From Camelus ferus (lineage: Eukaryota): 64,000 bases of DNA. The stretch lies in the NCBI RefSeq assembly GCF_009834535.1, contig NC_045696.1, forward strand, positions 56,608,001 to 56,672,000. Direction: 5' to 3'. This document shows positions 23,296-37,187 of this stretch, in pieces. A program made the translations under genes and the position numbers. Each line of letters opens with the position of its first letter. The stretch's first letter is position 1. A model generated the notes under the pieces. The model did not search any database. It saw nothing but the letters and a program-made list of their open reading frames with translations, and was not told the DNA's origin.

Positions 23296-26200
23296 TCAAT
23301 ATTTAAAAACAAGACACAAGGCCGTGCAGAATGACAGAATATAGAGTTTATTGGAAACTCAGAGATGTTTGTGCAAACATTTTCCTCTTGCAGACAATGA
23401 GATCGAGACCCAGAGAGGATAAGTGGCCCAGGGACAAACAGCTAATCTGGCACACAGCCAAGACCAGAGGAATCCTCCTCAGGGCTCTGCCCTGGAACCG
23501 CAGGGGCCGTCAGGCAGCCAGGGTCCAGCACAGCTCTCTGCCTCTGTGATCCCTGGGGCCCTGGTTGCTGCAGGCTGGGCCTCTTGCCCTCTCAGAGGAG
23601 CACCCAAGCCACATGGATGATACTATCTTGCTAAAGGTGGGTTTATTTACCTCCTTAACTCTACTCTGCTCCAACCCCTGTTTCCATCCCTTACCACTCA
23701 GCTGACCCCTATGAAAATGGTTTCCAAGAGGAATCTGTGTTTCCTGTTACATCACCACCAAATAATTGCTGGCTCTCTGGGAGAAACCCAGAGATAAGTT
23801 GGGGAAAGCTTGTGTGGAAAAGTGAGCAGCCTGGTAGCCAATTCAAATACTGCAGACATAAGTTTTGTGAGCAAGGGCTCTCTGAAAAAAAATGTGAGCT
23901 CAGATGGCTCACATTTTTGTAGGCAATGCTCTAGGCACAAAGTATGAAACCAAGGACACAGGGTAGCTTGAAAGAAGGAGCCCTGGCATGATGGAGAGAG
24001 GTGGGCCAGTGGGAACTGTGGGCCTTTAATCTGTCCATTTCTTTCCAGCTGCTGCCAAAGGACTCTATGTTGCAGGAGTTCTTTTCTCTCCCAATCCAGA
24101 AGAAAACCTGGCGAGCCAGCTCATCTGGGCCGTGGCTCTGTCTGGGCTGGAGGTCACCTGCAACACTGCAGGATACAAAGGCTGCTTCTTTCAACGAACG
24201 CCTCTGGAGAAGAGCACCCAGCCGATTTCTGTGACCCACTCTAGTGTTTAACTGTTGTTAAATCTTCAAAAGTGGGCCTCACCATGACCTTAAGATACCA
24301 TCTTGGCAGTTTATGTTTGTTTCCTCTGGCTCCTACTGATTAGAAGTGGGGAATAGCCACTCACCAAGTTTTCCACTTAAAAGCTTACTTTTAAATACTT
24401 GATCATAATAGGCCCTCTTAACCTACTCTTATCTAAACCCAATAATTTAAAAAATATTCTATGTACTGACTAACTTGATTATAATCTTCTTCAACTCTTC
24501 TATAATCCCTGCTACCTGACCCCCAGCTCTTCAACCCCAACCCCCCCCCCCACAAAAAAAACCTTCCCCACAGCGCTCCCCTCTCCCTTCTAGGTACCCA
24601 CCTCTCTTCCCTTCCTAAGAACCTTTCCATCTATTCACCAACATTTGAACAGCTGCACAAGCACAAAGAGTTTAATTTGGGAACAGTGTCTGTGGGAAGG
24701 AATGCTTTGTAAGTTTCCAAAGTAATGCAAAAGCTTAATTTAGAAAGTCACATAACAACTCTTTTGGTTCTGGAAGTCACAGAGATTATGGATGGCACTG
24801 CAGAGGCAACCTGCCTGATGATGTTAGCACTTTGCAGCACTGGGTTTTTCTGCAGCAGCTTCATTTATATTCTGGTTCAGAGACACAGTGGGTCAGCCCC
24901 ACTGAAGCATTTGCTCCCTGAGGACAGGCCCCATGTCTTATTCAGCCTCTCACTGTGGCCAGGGCCCAGTGAAGGCAAGTAAGTGGCAAGTGCCTTTAAA
25001 TGTTGGATTGCATTGCCTATCTGCCCCCTACTCCCTACTTTGGTCTTAAACTTGGTCCAGGCAGGTTCTGGAACTAGGAAATGATGATGGTTACCAAGTA
25101 CTGAACAGGGCAGGAGCAGGTGGATCAGATCATACCCCCATTACCTTCCTTGGCTGCAGGAGGTGTAAAGAAACTTCAAGTGCCAAGAGTCTCATGTCCT
25201 ACCAGATCCAGTGTTAGAATCTGTCTCTCGGGGACACACACTGTTAGTTAGAACAGGATAGAATAGGATCGATTTGGACACGGGATGGGTCCTGGGAGAC
25301 TCATCTGAATGAAGGTGCAGGCATGGACTGGAGAAATGAGGCAGCTACTTCGCCGCCACTATAACCACCATGGTTGCAGTCCTGGGGCTGGGACCGAGGC
25401 GGCGCCTGCTGAGCAGCACTGCCTCAAGCCGTCCGTGTACTGCACATGCTCAGGGCCCTCATTTGGACCCTGTGGCAAAGCATCCTTTTGTAAGATGATA
25501 TGGGTGCTTCCTGACTGTCATGGGATATTCTGAAACCTTAAAACATACACTCAGTTGCATTTCATGCATTCCCCAGGGCCCAAAACCCCAGAAAAATAAT
25601 TTAAACTCTGTCCCCACAAGGGGTCAGATATATATGGGCTGTGTGATAAGCTAGAGGTCCCCAAGGGCCAGTCTGGAGAGACAGAAAGACAATGAGGAAG
25701 ATCCCCAAGAGAAAGTCACCGTGAGTGGAGATACTCTGGCAGAGTGGACCAGATCCAGCTGGAGCACCTGAATACTGGAGGACAAGAGGTTTCAGGTAGA
25801 CTGCAAGGCTGAGTCCCTCCACCAGTTTCTCACCTGGAGCCCCTCATCCCCCAATCCCAAAAGTTCTAATGTGTTCTGGGCTGGGTCTTACTTAAGAAAT
25901 GAAAAACTGTGTCATTAGAGGTACAACTCTTCTGGTGTGGGCATCTTCTCTAAAAGCCTTGAAAGACCTTGTCACGCTGGTCAGGGGGAAGATGACCACC
26001 GGAGGTTAATGGTTTGGGGAAGGTGGGCAGCAACCAATGGGTAGGAGAGGACTGCAGGACGGCAAGAGCAGCTGGCCTGGAGGCCAGAGACAGGAGAATG
26101 TGCACAGAAGACAAGACTGAACAGCTAAGTGGTGGCAGAATTAGCCACTTTTGCTGTACAGCATATTCTAAATTTTATTCAAAGTGTTAGTTTTTGCCAG

Positions 26201-26634
26201 ATCTTGAAATCTTTTGGAGCTCAGCCTACAGTGCGTTCATCTCATTTATTTTTCATTAACACTTACTAGTGGGCCGAGGATGATAAAAAGAAATAAGAAG
26301 CATACACAGAAACACAGATTCAGAGAAAACGGAAATTATGAAAGGAGAGACACACAAAGATACTGAAGAGAGTTTGAGAAAAGGGGTTAGACTAGAGGCA
26401 GACAAAGTATTTCGGGAGAGAGAAAAAGAGGAGAGAGAGACCTATGAAGACATCCAGGACCCAGCTAGTGCTCTGCAAGATGTTAGCTGGGTCCCCTAGG
26501 ATGAAAATCAGGCTGTCTTGGATTAAGCCTCTCAGGATTAAGAACCTAAGAAAAATCACAAAGGTTCATTGTTTTGTTTATCCGTAGGTTTCGGCTCCTG
26601 GCAACCGCGGCGCTGGCTTTCTGCGACACTGCCT

Positions 26635-26654
26635 GAGCTCCCCCTGCTGGCCGC
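26635..26654 (-). promoter_or_regulatory. Candidate CTCF site (reverse orientation) in a small CpG cluster
   Basis: Minus strand GCGGCCAGCAGGGGGAGCTC versus consensus CCASYAGRKGGCRS; about 10 CpGs in 26580-26700 by hand count. Confidence 0.6.
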
Positions 26655-28433
26655 TCTGCAGAATCGCACCATCTGGGTCCAAAGTGGAATCGGATTACGT
26701 AAGACTTCTCAAGGTTTGCCCACCCATTTTTTTCTTTGCCTTTTTTTTTTTTTTTTTAATTTGCATTTCTCAAGTTCCTGGTTTTCCGAAGCCTGATTTC
26801 TAGTGCTGAGGCCTGAATTTCCTGACTGATTGCCACGGTCCTAACGCCCAGTGAGGGCAGTCCTGAGAGACCCATCCCAATGAGGGTGCAAAGCAGGAGG
26901 CCGGCTGAGCATACATTTGTTGAACACGTGCCCCATACAAAGTCCTGTGGAAGGGCCTGAAGGGAGCTCATTTGGCCTTTAGTCTTCTCGCCTCAAAAGT
27001 GACTGCTAGAATTAAAGTGGCATTCTGTGGTTGGGGTGAGGGCATTCCCCTGTCTAGTTCTGACCAACTAGATCAGCCTTCCAAAGTCCTGAGAAGAACC
27101 TACCAGGGCAACAGTGATGGCACCCCTCCCTCTTGCTTTTCCTTCTTTTTCTTCCTGTTCATCTTCCCTGTATGAAGAAGAGGAGTTGCAATGTGCAAAG
27201 CTCCGGGGACAAGAAGGAGAGAAACACAAGTCTCCTTAAATGCCAAAATGATTTTACTGCTAAGAATAACCTTTATCTCTGGGAAGAAAGGCAGAAGACC
27301 TGGTTCTCCCCCCTTATCTCTCTTTCTTTCTCTCCCCCCCCCCCCCCCCCCCCCCGGTTGAAGGTTAATTTTAAAGGGGCAGCAACACCCACTCGTACAC
27401 TGAGCCCTGTCTTTCCTACAGTGCTTTAGTTCTGAGTCACAAAATCCAGAAAGGGGCAATGTGGAAGGAGAGGACTTCAGTCCAGAGGACTAGGGCAGGT
27501 AAGGGAGGAGGCAAGAGGGAAATGGAGGGGAAGAGAAAGAACAGGACACAGGGATCTCTGTTACACCCTGAGCCCGCGCTTCTGCGCCCCAAGCAGACTG
27601 CCAGAGGTAGACCCTTGGGAGGAGGGTGACCCCGGTGGGCAGTGGAGCCCCCACTCTGGCTGTACTTGAGGATCACCTTGGGGGAGGGGACAGCTTTCTA
27701 GATCTCTGGTTAGGATGTATGCTCACAATAAGGAATCCTTGTTCCCCCACCCCTCAGCTACTCAGAAGTTAGAAACCAAAACCATCTCTCTAAAAATAAA
27801 GTTTTCTTTCATAAAAGTGCTGTGTTTCTCTCAAGGCAGAAAGTATAAATGTTCCTAAAACATTTGGTCAGAGGCATAGGGTTATTTTCAAGGACTCTGG
27901 AAAATCAGAAAGAATTACCTTCCTTTGTTAACTAAAAACTAAACAGATTTTTACAGTTAACTGCATTGCAGAAAGCAGTAATGGCCCTCAGAAAAATGAA
28001 GTCACCTCTTTAGTCCCTTGTTTTTCCATTACCCACTACTTCTTCTTATCCATCTTCTTCCTTTCCTTTTATCACTGGTTCAGCCTTTTGCTCACACCCG
28101 TCTTGTGGTTGCTTTGGGGTCTGGCTTCCCTCCCCACTCACCTTTCGTGTCCTTCTGCACCTGTTTCCTGAGCCAGAGTGCCCATGTGGAAGGAAGAGGA
28201 AGAAAGAGTTGCTATGTCTGCTTGGAATTCCCAAATGCCTATTGCCCTGAAGCCTCCCAACTGGGCAAATGGGTACAGAACTTGAAGAAAATCGGTCTCT
28301 GGATCTTTCTTTACTCACCACTCAGTCTACAAACCACCTTTGGAAAACTACTAGACATTTGACAGCCCATTAATTGTAATATTTCCTGCCTTGAGAAGCC
28401 CTTGTCCACCTCTACCATAGGAAAGCACTTTAG

Positions 28434-28447
28434 TGACTCATGAGTCA
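28434..28447. promoter_or_regulatory. Palindromic double AP-1 motif
   Basis: TGACTCATGAGTCA in non-repetitive sequence. Confidence 0.45.
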
Positions 28448-29274
28448 ATAGGAGCAAAAGGGCCTGGGCAGGCACTGCATAAATACACATAATGGTTATT
28501 TATCACAAATGAAAGTGGCTCATAAATATAACTGAAATTGGCCCAGTTCTGCTACTGTTGAATAAAAGGAAAAAACCCACAAACATCAAGGAATAAAAGT
28601 GGAACACTCTGCAGAAAATGTCATTTCTCCTTATTGCTATAGCTGAATAAATTGTAGCAATTTCCAAAATGCTCCTGGAGAAGAAACGATTTTAGAAGAA
28701 ATCTGCTCAGCGGCTCTGTGGAGTTGGTCTGGGCTGCCTAAGACCAGCAGAGGGCAGACTTCAGTTATAAACGGAGCCTGCAGAGTGGGTGGTGGGGAAA
28801 GGGCAATTTAGGATTCCAAGATTGTAAATTGTTTATTCCATGCTATACATACTCCCAGAGATCATAGTCCAAGATTCTTGACAGGATACAAGAGACCAGA
28901 TTTCAAGGAATCAGGTCTAAGCAGAGAATGACATAACTGTAAATGTTCCTTTGTTTCTAAGATTAAAACCTGGGCAGAAAAGGCTGGTTCTGCATTACTC
29001 CTCTGGGTGCTGCAGGCTGCTATCAGTTGAGTCATTGCAGTGACTCGTCCCCATACTGGGCCTGCTACAGTCCGTCAAAGCCCACATTGTTTAGAGTGGA
29101 GATGTCTGGGCTTTGTATCTGACTTGGAAAAGCAGGGGCTGTGTCCAGGACTGGGTGAAGAAGCTCCTGCTATTGGTTTCCTGCTGCCCTTTTTTTTTTA
29201 ATGAGCATAGAGAACCCTGTTCCCTGGGAAACAGAGATAAGAATGAAGATGATTAGAAATGCTTCTTTAAGATT

Positions 29275-29798
29275 TGAGCCAGCCTAGAAACTCCACTTCT
29301 AGATATATAGCCAAGAGATTTGAAAACATATGTTGTGAGACAAAAACTTGTGCAGGAATGTTCATCATAGCCAAAAAGAAACAACCCAAGTGTCCACTGA
29401 CTGATGAATAAGCAAAATGTGGTATATCCATACAACTCATTATCAGTCAAAAAGGGGTGAAGTACTGATACATGTTACAACATGGATAAACCTGGAAGAC
29501 TTCATGCTAATTGAGAGAAGCCAGTCACAAAGGAACACATATTATGTGAGTCCATTTATATGAAATGTCCAGAATAGGCAAATCCATAGAAACAGAAAAT
29601 AGATTAGTGGTTGCCAGGGGCTGGGGAAAGGGAGAACTGGGGAGCAAATGTTAATGAGTATGTGATTTCTTGGGGAGGTGATAAAATATTCTGAAAATAG
29701 ATAGTGGTGATGCACAAATTTGCAAGTAAACTGAAAACTACTGGACTGTACACTTTAAAAGGGTGACTTATATATTAATAAAACTGTTATTGAAAAAA
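29275..29798 (+). mobile_element. L1MB-like 3' end
   Basis: aaacaacccaagtgtccac...ataggcaaatccatagaaacagaaaatagattagtggttgccaggggctgggg...aataaaactgtt plus A tail. Confidence 0.85.
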
Positions 29799-31442
29799 GA
29801 TTTTGAACAAGGCAGATGTTACAGAGGGAAACTCAGAGGAGAACATAAGGAGAATATAAAGAGACTATCTGACGTCAACTTGGGAGAGCCAGCCCAATCC
29901 CAAGCTAAAAAAATATTTTGGATGAAAACAGATACAGTGCAGACTGGAAATACAGGTAGCCGAACTCACTGCAGGAAGCCAGGAGAATTAGCCACCAAGC
30001 TGAAGTGATCCTACATCTTCTCTGACTACCTTGTAAAGGGCCGACACCTCTCTGATCATGCTGTCCTGGTAACAGGGGTGCCATTTCACTCAAGGCAAGA
30101 GGGCCATCTTTGTGTTATTGTCATGGTGACCTCCTGTGCAGAGGGAAATAAGGGAGAATCACACTCCTCAGGCCACAGTAACAAGAAAGACTTCCCAAGC
30201 TCTCCGGAGCCAGCAAGGAAGGAAGGCAATAATAGTTAAGTCACCTGGGGGCCTCACAGTCACACCTGAGTTCCAGGTGTATTATCAACAATGCCCACCG
30301 GGTCTAGAAGCTTGTACTCTGTTCCTCCTGTAGCCCCAAGCACCTTGCAGTGACGGAGTCCATGAGAGCTCTTAGTAAATACTCGGGAAAAGCGGAGGAA
30401 ATGAAGAAATAAATGAGTGCACCGCTGAAAAGGCCCAGTGAAGTGCCCTGGGGCCATGGCCAGGTGCAGCCTTGGTCAACACAGGAGTGAGTGAAACAGA
30501 TAAGGAGGAACGATTTTATTCAGCCACTCTTTATCAGAGGATAAAGTAGATTCACAGACCCCTGGGCCTGCCCTGTTGAGTCCAGAAGCGTTAGGGCAAG
30601 GCCCCAGGCACACCTGAGCGTGACCTTCTAGCAGCACGCTTGACTTGTCTTTCATTTTTTACCTTCATCCAACTCCTGGACAGAAACTGTTATATGTTAA
30701 TACCATTGTGTGCTAGTGAGTCAAAATTTCATTTCTAAGAAGAATTGTGAAGAACCTCTATGAGACTGTATGCCTTTTAAAATTTGTTTACTGATTAAAA
30801 AAATTAAAAAGTACCTTCCTGTTCTGTAATTGCTTATGGTGACCAGGGAGAGCAGTGATACTGGAGAATGATAAAAATATTTTCCAGTCCTGTGTTTTTC
30901 TCCAAGTCTGGTCCTCTGGGTGAATGTTAACGCATTTTAGGGCACCAGAGACTATGTCTAACTATGTCTTACAAAACCTGCTTAATTATAAATTCAGCCA
31001 AGAGATGGGGACTCATTAACTAATTAATGTACCTAGAGCTTCAATGGGCCTTGGAACCAGGACTTATAACACTTCCAATTGTGCAGTAAATGAGGGGTTA
31101 AAACCCAATGGCCAAATACCAATTGTTTTTAATAAATTATGAGTTCAGAACTAGAAAGAATTAGATTTAGGAGTTGGGCAGATCTGGATTTAACACTTGG
31201 CCATTTCTTTCCATTATTCCTTTAGGAAATGTGTACCAGATACTGTTAGGCACTAAAGATACAAGCACAAATGAGAAAGTCAGTCTCTATCCTTGGACAA
31301 CTTTCAGTCCAACAGCCACATAAATACTTATTGTAAAAAAGTTGCTAAACCTCTCTGCATCCAAATCTGTAAGATGGAGGGGTCGGAGAGAAGATACCTA
31401 ATTTGTAAGTCATAGAAAGGATTAAATTGAATAGCATAAACA

Positions 31443-31620
31443 CACTGTATAACACAGGGAACTATATTCAATATCTTGTAGTAACTTTTGGTGAAAAGAA
31501 TATGAAAATGAATACATATGTATGTTCATGTATAACTGAAGCATTATGCTGTACACCAGAAATTGACACATTGTAAACTGACTGTACTTCAATTTTAAAA
31601 ATCTAAAAAAAAAAAAATAA
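31443..31620 (+). mobile_element. Short young L1 3' UTR tail inserted in a MIR-like fragment
   Basis: acagggaactatattcaatatcttgta...gctgtacaccagaaattgacacattgtaaactgac plus poly-A; ataaaca on both flanks. Confidence 0.85.
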
Positions 31621-32199
31621 ACAAAATGCTTAGGATATTGCATTTATAAAAAATTGTTTCTTTTCCTCTTATATACACCCATTCACTTATATACACTTTA
31701 TCCTTTGCTACCACATCCTACTACTATCTTTAATTGAACATTCCTAGCTTTAAGTGAGACCAGATAGGTCAGGGCTTTGACTGGAAACCAAAGCAAGACC
31801 ATTAGGAAACAGTTCGTGTTGTAGTTGGGAATATGGGGGTTGGTGTCAAGGAGATGTTCGTTAGAAACCAACTCTGACACTTGCTGATTTGGGACAAGTT
31901 ATTTAACCTAAGCTTCACTTTCCTCCTCTGTAAAGTGGGGCTAAGGACCCTATCCTCATGGAGCTGTTAGGACGTTAAGTGAAAAACACCAGAGTGTATC
32001 ACAGGTAATAATAATAAAGTATTATTTTGTGGCATCTTTGTTACGTGCCATGTATGTGTGTTGATTTATGTATTGTGATGTCACAATTAAAAATATGTTT
32101 TTTACTGTGGGCTATAGTCCAGAAGAACTGAAAGCTACTGCTACTGCTTTAAGACGTGATCTATGTTGCCTGCAATTTTTTAAAAATCACACAATTTTT

Positions 32200-33590
32200 C
32201 TCTTTTTTAAATTGAGGTAAAGTTGGTATAAAACATTATATAAATTTTAGGCATACAACATTATAAATCATTATTTGTTTATACAAAATAAGTCTAGTCA
32301 CCATCTATCACCATATAATTGACCCCTCCATCCATTTCACCCTCTTCTGATCCTCTTCCTCTCTGGCAACCACCAATCTATTCTCTGTATTTATGAGTTT
32401 GTTTTTGTTTTTAAGATTCCACATACAAGTGAACTCATATGATATCTGTCTGCTTCTGTCTGACTTATTTCACTTAGCATAATACCCTCTAGGTCCATCC
32501 ATGTTGTTGGAAATAGCAAAATTTCCTTCTTGTCATGGCTCCATAGTATTCCATTGTGTGTACACACATACACACACACACACACAAAATGATGGAGTTG
32601 GCTAAATGATTCTACTCAAGGTTCTAAGACAAAATGTTTTTCTGAAGAGAAGCTGTATGTATACACACACACCCACATCTTAGTGTTTTCATAGTCTTTA
32701 GATAAATACCCAGAAGTAGAAGAATAGCTGGATCATATGACAGTTCTATTCTTAATTTTCTGAGGACTCTCCATACTGTTTTTCATAGTGGCTGCACCAA
32801 TTTACAGTTCCACCAACAGTGTACAAGGGTTCCCTTTTCTCCACATCCTCTCCAATACTTATTATTTCTTGTCTTTTTAATAATAGCCACTGTAACAGGT
32901 GAGGCGGTATCTCATTGTGGCTTTGATGTGCATTTCCCTGAAGATTAGTGATGTTGAGCATCCTTTCATGTGCCTGTTGCCATCTGTATGTCTTCTTTGG
33001 AAAAATGTCTATTCAGATCTTCTGCCCATTTTTAATTGGTTTGTTTGTTTCTTGTTGTTGAGTTGTGTGAGTTCTTGACATATTTTGAATATTAGCCCCT
33101 TATCAGATATATGATTTGATTTGAAAACATCTCCCATTTACTAGGTTGCCTTTTTGTTTTGTTGATGGTTTCCTTCACCATGTAGGAGCTTTTTAGTTTG
33201 ATATGGTCCCATTTGTTTATTTTTGCTTTTGTTTCCCTTGCCTTTAGAGTCAGATCTAAAACAAAAACAAAAACAAAAACCCACTAAGACTGATGTCAAG
33301 GAAATTACAATCTATGTTTTCTTCTAGGAATTTTATGGTTTCAGGTCTTACATTAAGTCTTTAATCCATTTTGAACTGATTTTTGTGTATGGTGTAAGAT
33401 AGTGGCCTACTTTCACTCTTTGGCTTGTGGCTGTCCAGTTTTTCTAACACCATTTATTGGAGAGAATGTCATTTCCCCATTATATATTCTTGGCTCTTTT
33501 GTTATAAATTAATTGTTCATATATGCATAGGTTTATTTCTGGGCTCTCTATCTTGTTCCATTGATCTGTGTCTGTTTTTGTATCATTTTT
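32200..33590 (-). mobile_element. L1 3' portion (L1MA-like)
   Basis: Minus-strand ORFs TTWMDLEGIMLSEISQTE and [19 protein letters not shown]. Confidence 0.9.
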
Positions 33591-36500
33591 AAATTACACA
33601 TTCATTCATTCACTCAACAAATAGTTATTGAGCACCTATGAAATACCAGGCACTGTGCTAGGCACTGGAAATACAGCAGTGAACAAAACAGACAAAAATT
33701 CCCACACTTATCAGGCTTACCTTCTGGTGAGGGAGGAGGACACAAGTAACATATAGATAAGGTTCAAAATTTAGGAAATACATATAAGGAGAAAAGAAGG
33801 AAGGAAGAAATGTAGGGCATTCATAATCATACAATCCAGAAAAAAACACTTAGCATTTTGGTTATGTTCCTACAGAATTTTCTTCATCTACATATATGCC
33901 ATTTATTTTGCCACTAAGAGGACTTCAGGGTAATAGGTGTCACACAAATGTACAGGATAGATGTGGACCAAAATCCAGTCCTCTGAACATTAAAGGAGAG
34001 CCTTTGTTTTTCTCTCCATCTGCTTCCCTCCTCCTTCTTTCTGTCTATCCCACGGTGGTCTCCACGTTGTTGCTTCTCTCTCTTCTACAGTTATTACACT
34101 GCCAAGTCCTCAGCCTTGAAGATGGAGACGTCTGTTGCACATGAAATAGTCATAGCGCTGGCTGACCCAGAGCACTGGGAAGTTCTGTGTTGGGGTTCTG
34201 TTGAATACTGACTTTTCGTGACTTTGAAGATTTAATTATTTTATAGGTTGAAAAAATGTTGAGGTCAGAGAGGTGGTAACTTGTCCAAGGTCTCACAACA
34301 AGGAGTAGATCAGGAGGCCGGCGTGCCTTGTGCTCCACTATGTAAGGGCTTTGGTTTGGCCATCTTCACCTACCATGCATTTCAGACTACCTTCTTACTG
34401 TGCCAATATAGATACATATAATTTAAAATACTAAGCTAGTGTAGTTGTTTTAAGTTGTAGTTTTCTAAAAGGCACAAACTGATTAGACTTATCCTAGCTT
34501 AAGAAACCACTAATTTAGCAATTCTCCTTGGATTTTGTGACTATCATACTAATAGTCTTAAAATAAATGTAACAAGAAATTGCACTTGGGTCCAGCAGAC
34601 AAGATAGAATTGGATCCTTTCCAAAGCCAGTATTTAAACTTGGATGCCTCTGACTTTCTCATTTACTTTAACAAGTTATTTCATGAGGTAACTTTATCTT
34701 TAAAGACACCCCCCCCCTTTTTTAAAGAGGAGATGGTTTTTAGGAGAGAGCAAAGAACTTAAAAATCAAGAGGTTTGGGCTCTACTCCCAATTCTGCTGG
34801 GTGACCTTAGACTAATCACTTCCCAGCTTTGAACCCAAATTCCTAATTTGTACAATGTGAAGGGTGGACTAGACTAGAGATTTTCACAGCAGGATCAGTG
34901 GGGCCTCAGGATTTCCAAGACATATTTCTGGGCCACACCAGGAGACCAGGAGTGAGGTTCACAGACCAAGGGTCCAGACTACACTGCCCTCCCGTCCCCC
35001 TTCCCTCCCCTACTCAGAACAGCATCCCTTTTATTTGCTTTACAGAAGGAGAATCTGCAAAAGATTTTATTTGAAGGAACAGTTCTGTTGCTTTTTTTAG
35101 CATTTAAATATCACCAGAATGGCTCAATGATCTTAAAGAACCTCTCTTTTAACGTTTTATAGTTTCTAAGTTCAAAGATTGGCTCCTGATTATTCTTTTT
35201 AGAGGTTTCTTTGCTCTTATGGATACACTGCACTCACCGATCACCCCTTAATTACGAATACTTTCTCTGCTTGCTCTAGCTAACTGCTAACTAGGTATTA
35301 TGCTGGCTGTAAAGAGCTGGAAATGAGCTTGTCTGGTAATCCTGCCCTAATAGCGTTGTGACTGGCCGGGAAGAGCATCTGCAGCAGTGCTTATTTCTGA
35401 CCAGGGGTTTTATTTATTTTTATTTATTTATTAACTTGCAGGTGTTTGTTCCAATCACTTTGAAGAAACAGTTCCAGAAATGTCCCCAGCCCTGGTCGGC
35501 ACAGCAGCACCCTCATTTGTGCACTGCCACTTCTAGCCACAGGCATTCTGCAACGCAGTTCCCAACCACTCCCCACTGCGGTGAGCAGCTATGCAGATGG
35601 GCTCTCACATCCTCTCCTGCACATTCTGGTTTTCTGGCTGGCTGTCTCGCTGTGCGCTCACAAGTGGCTTCTGAACGCCAGTGATCTGCGGCTGCCACTG
35701 CAGCTGGGGCTGAGCCAGGCTGTGAGAGCCTAGTCCTTCCTAGAGTACCCCAGCCCTCTCTGGTACAGATTTATTTCACACACAGTGTGGCTGCTTTACC
35801 CAGAGTGGAGCAGGAGCAATTTTCCTTTACAAAGAACTGATTTGAACTTCCATCTAAAATCCAGGTGCTAAAAGCAGACAAAGATAAATCAGCATTTTTC
35901 ACTCACTGCAGGTTGGTAAGGTTCAAAAACTTGCTGCCAGATCTGTAAAGTCAGGACGCAGGATGGGGAAGGTGAACACTGATTCAGGGCCTGTTATGTA
36001 TCACACTGAGTGTTCTTTACCTCTTTCAATCCTTATAACACCCCTCCTAGATAGGTACTATGATCCCCATTTATTAGAGGAAGAAACTGAGGCTCAGAGA
36101 GGTAGAATAAGTTGTCTAACACACAAGAAGTGGCAGATGCAGGAACTGAACTTGCTCTGTCTGGCACCAAATGCTGTGTTCTTTCTCCTCCACCATGCTG
36201 CCTTCTTGATGAGCATGCTGACTCATATGGGAAGTTATATAAGCTTGTAAATCACATTGAGATTCCCAGATAATGTGACTGCATAAAGAAGAACAAAGGA
36301 TTGCCACAATAGCTTTGGCGCAGCGGCACTGGTGGAGAGAGGCACTCCACTGCTTGGAAGGATTATGCAAAACTGCTGAGAGGTAAAGGGCTGCACTAGC
36401 AGAATCCAAACCAGAAGGGATCACTTGCCCCTTCCCCTCCAAACCTGCTCTATAAATAAACAAGGTTTTAATGAGAAACATATGAATAAAGCTATCTCTC

Positions 36501-36769
36501 CATTGAATTCACAATTGAACTCAACTGGACTCAAAGTCCAATTCAAAGTCTGTCCACTTGCAGAAGGGATGTCAAAGGTTCTCAGGATCACGTGGTTCAG
36601 TACCACTCAAGACACTCACCTCCATCAGGGGAAATAAGCAAGGTTGTTCTTTAGCATCATCCACATGCCCTTTTTATTGAATACAGAAGTGCTGGAATCA
36701 GATTTGCACTTTGGAAAGTTATCCCTGGCCTCTTTGTGAGGTGAGAGCAAGAAGGGAGGCAGTACAGTG

Positions 36770-37187
36770 AGTGCTGCTAGTGCCCTGCCGTGTCCTCCAT
36801 ATTCACCACTGTACCCCAAAGTCTGTGACCCTCTGTGTTCTGACTGGCAGCACGCTCAGCCTGTACATGGTGCAGATGGAACTGCCGGGGACTTCTTGCT
36901 CCTGAGAGCAGCCATCATGTGATGATGAAAGGAGTTAGTGGATAAATACCCCAGCTCCCTTCCCTGCCAGTTGGGATAACTCTGAGGTGTGTTCTGTAAT
37001 GCACCGCAGGGTTTCCCAGCGGATTGGAGCTCTAGTGTCCTGCAGTGCTTGATAACACACCCTGTACTGGCTTCTTTCACTTTCCTGTCTCATTCTGCTA
37101 TGAAGTTCCCAGGTACCTCTAGAATAAATTATTTATACTGAAATCCTTGTTTCAAGCTCTGTTTCTGAGGGAACCCAAAGGAAGACT
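36770..37187 (+). mobile_element. LTR16-like ERVL solo LTR
   Basis: ggataaataccccagctccct...gggataactctgagg...aataaa..aaatccttgtttcaagctctgtttctgagggaacccaaaggaagac. Confidence 0.75.

Noticed and set aside
32589..32645. C/D box snoRNA (ATGATG...CTGA)
   Set aside because: Imperfect C box, only about 57 nt, no terminal stem, not in a host intron; a MIR3-like origin explains it better.
35358..35684. 108-aa ORF or novel exon after an acceptor-like ttaacttgcAG at 35441
   Set aside because: No recognisable domain, GTG start, no partner exons identifiable; a non-coding exon cannot be excluded without RNA data.
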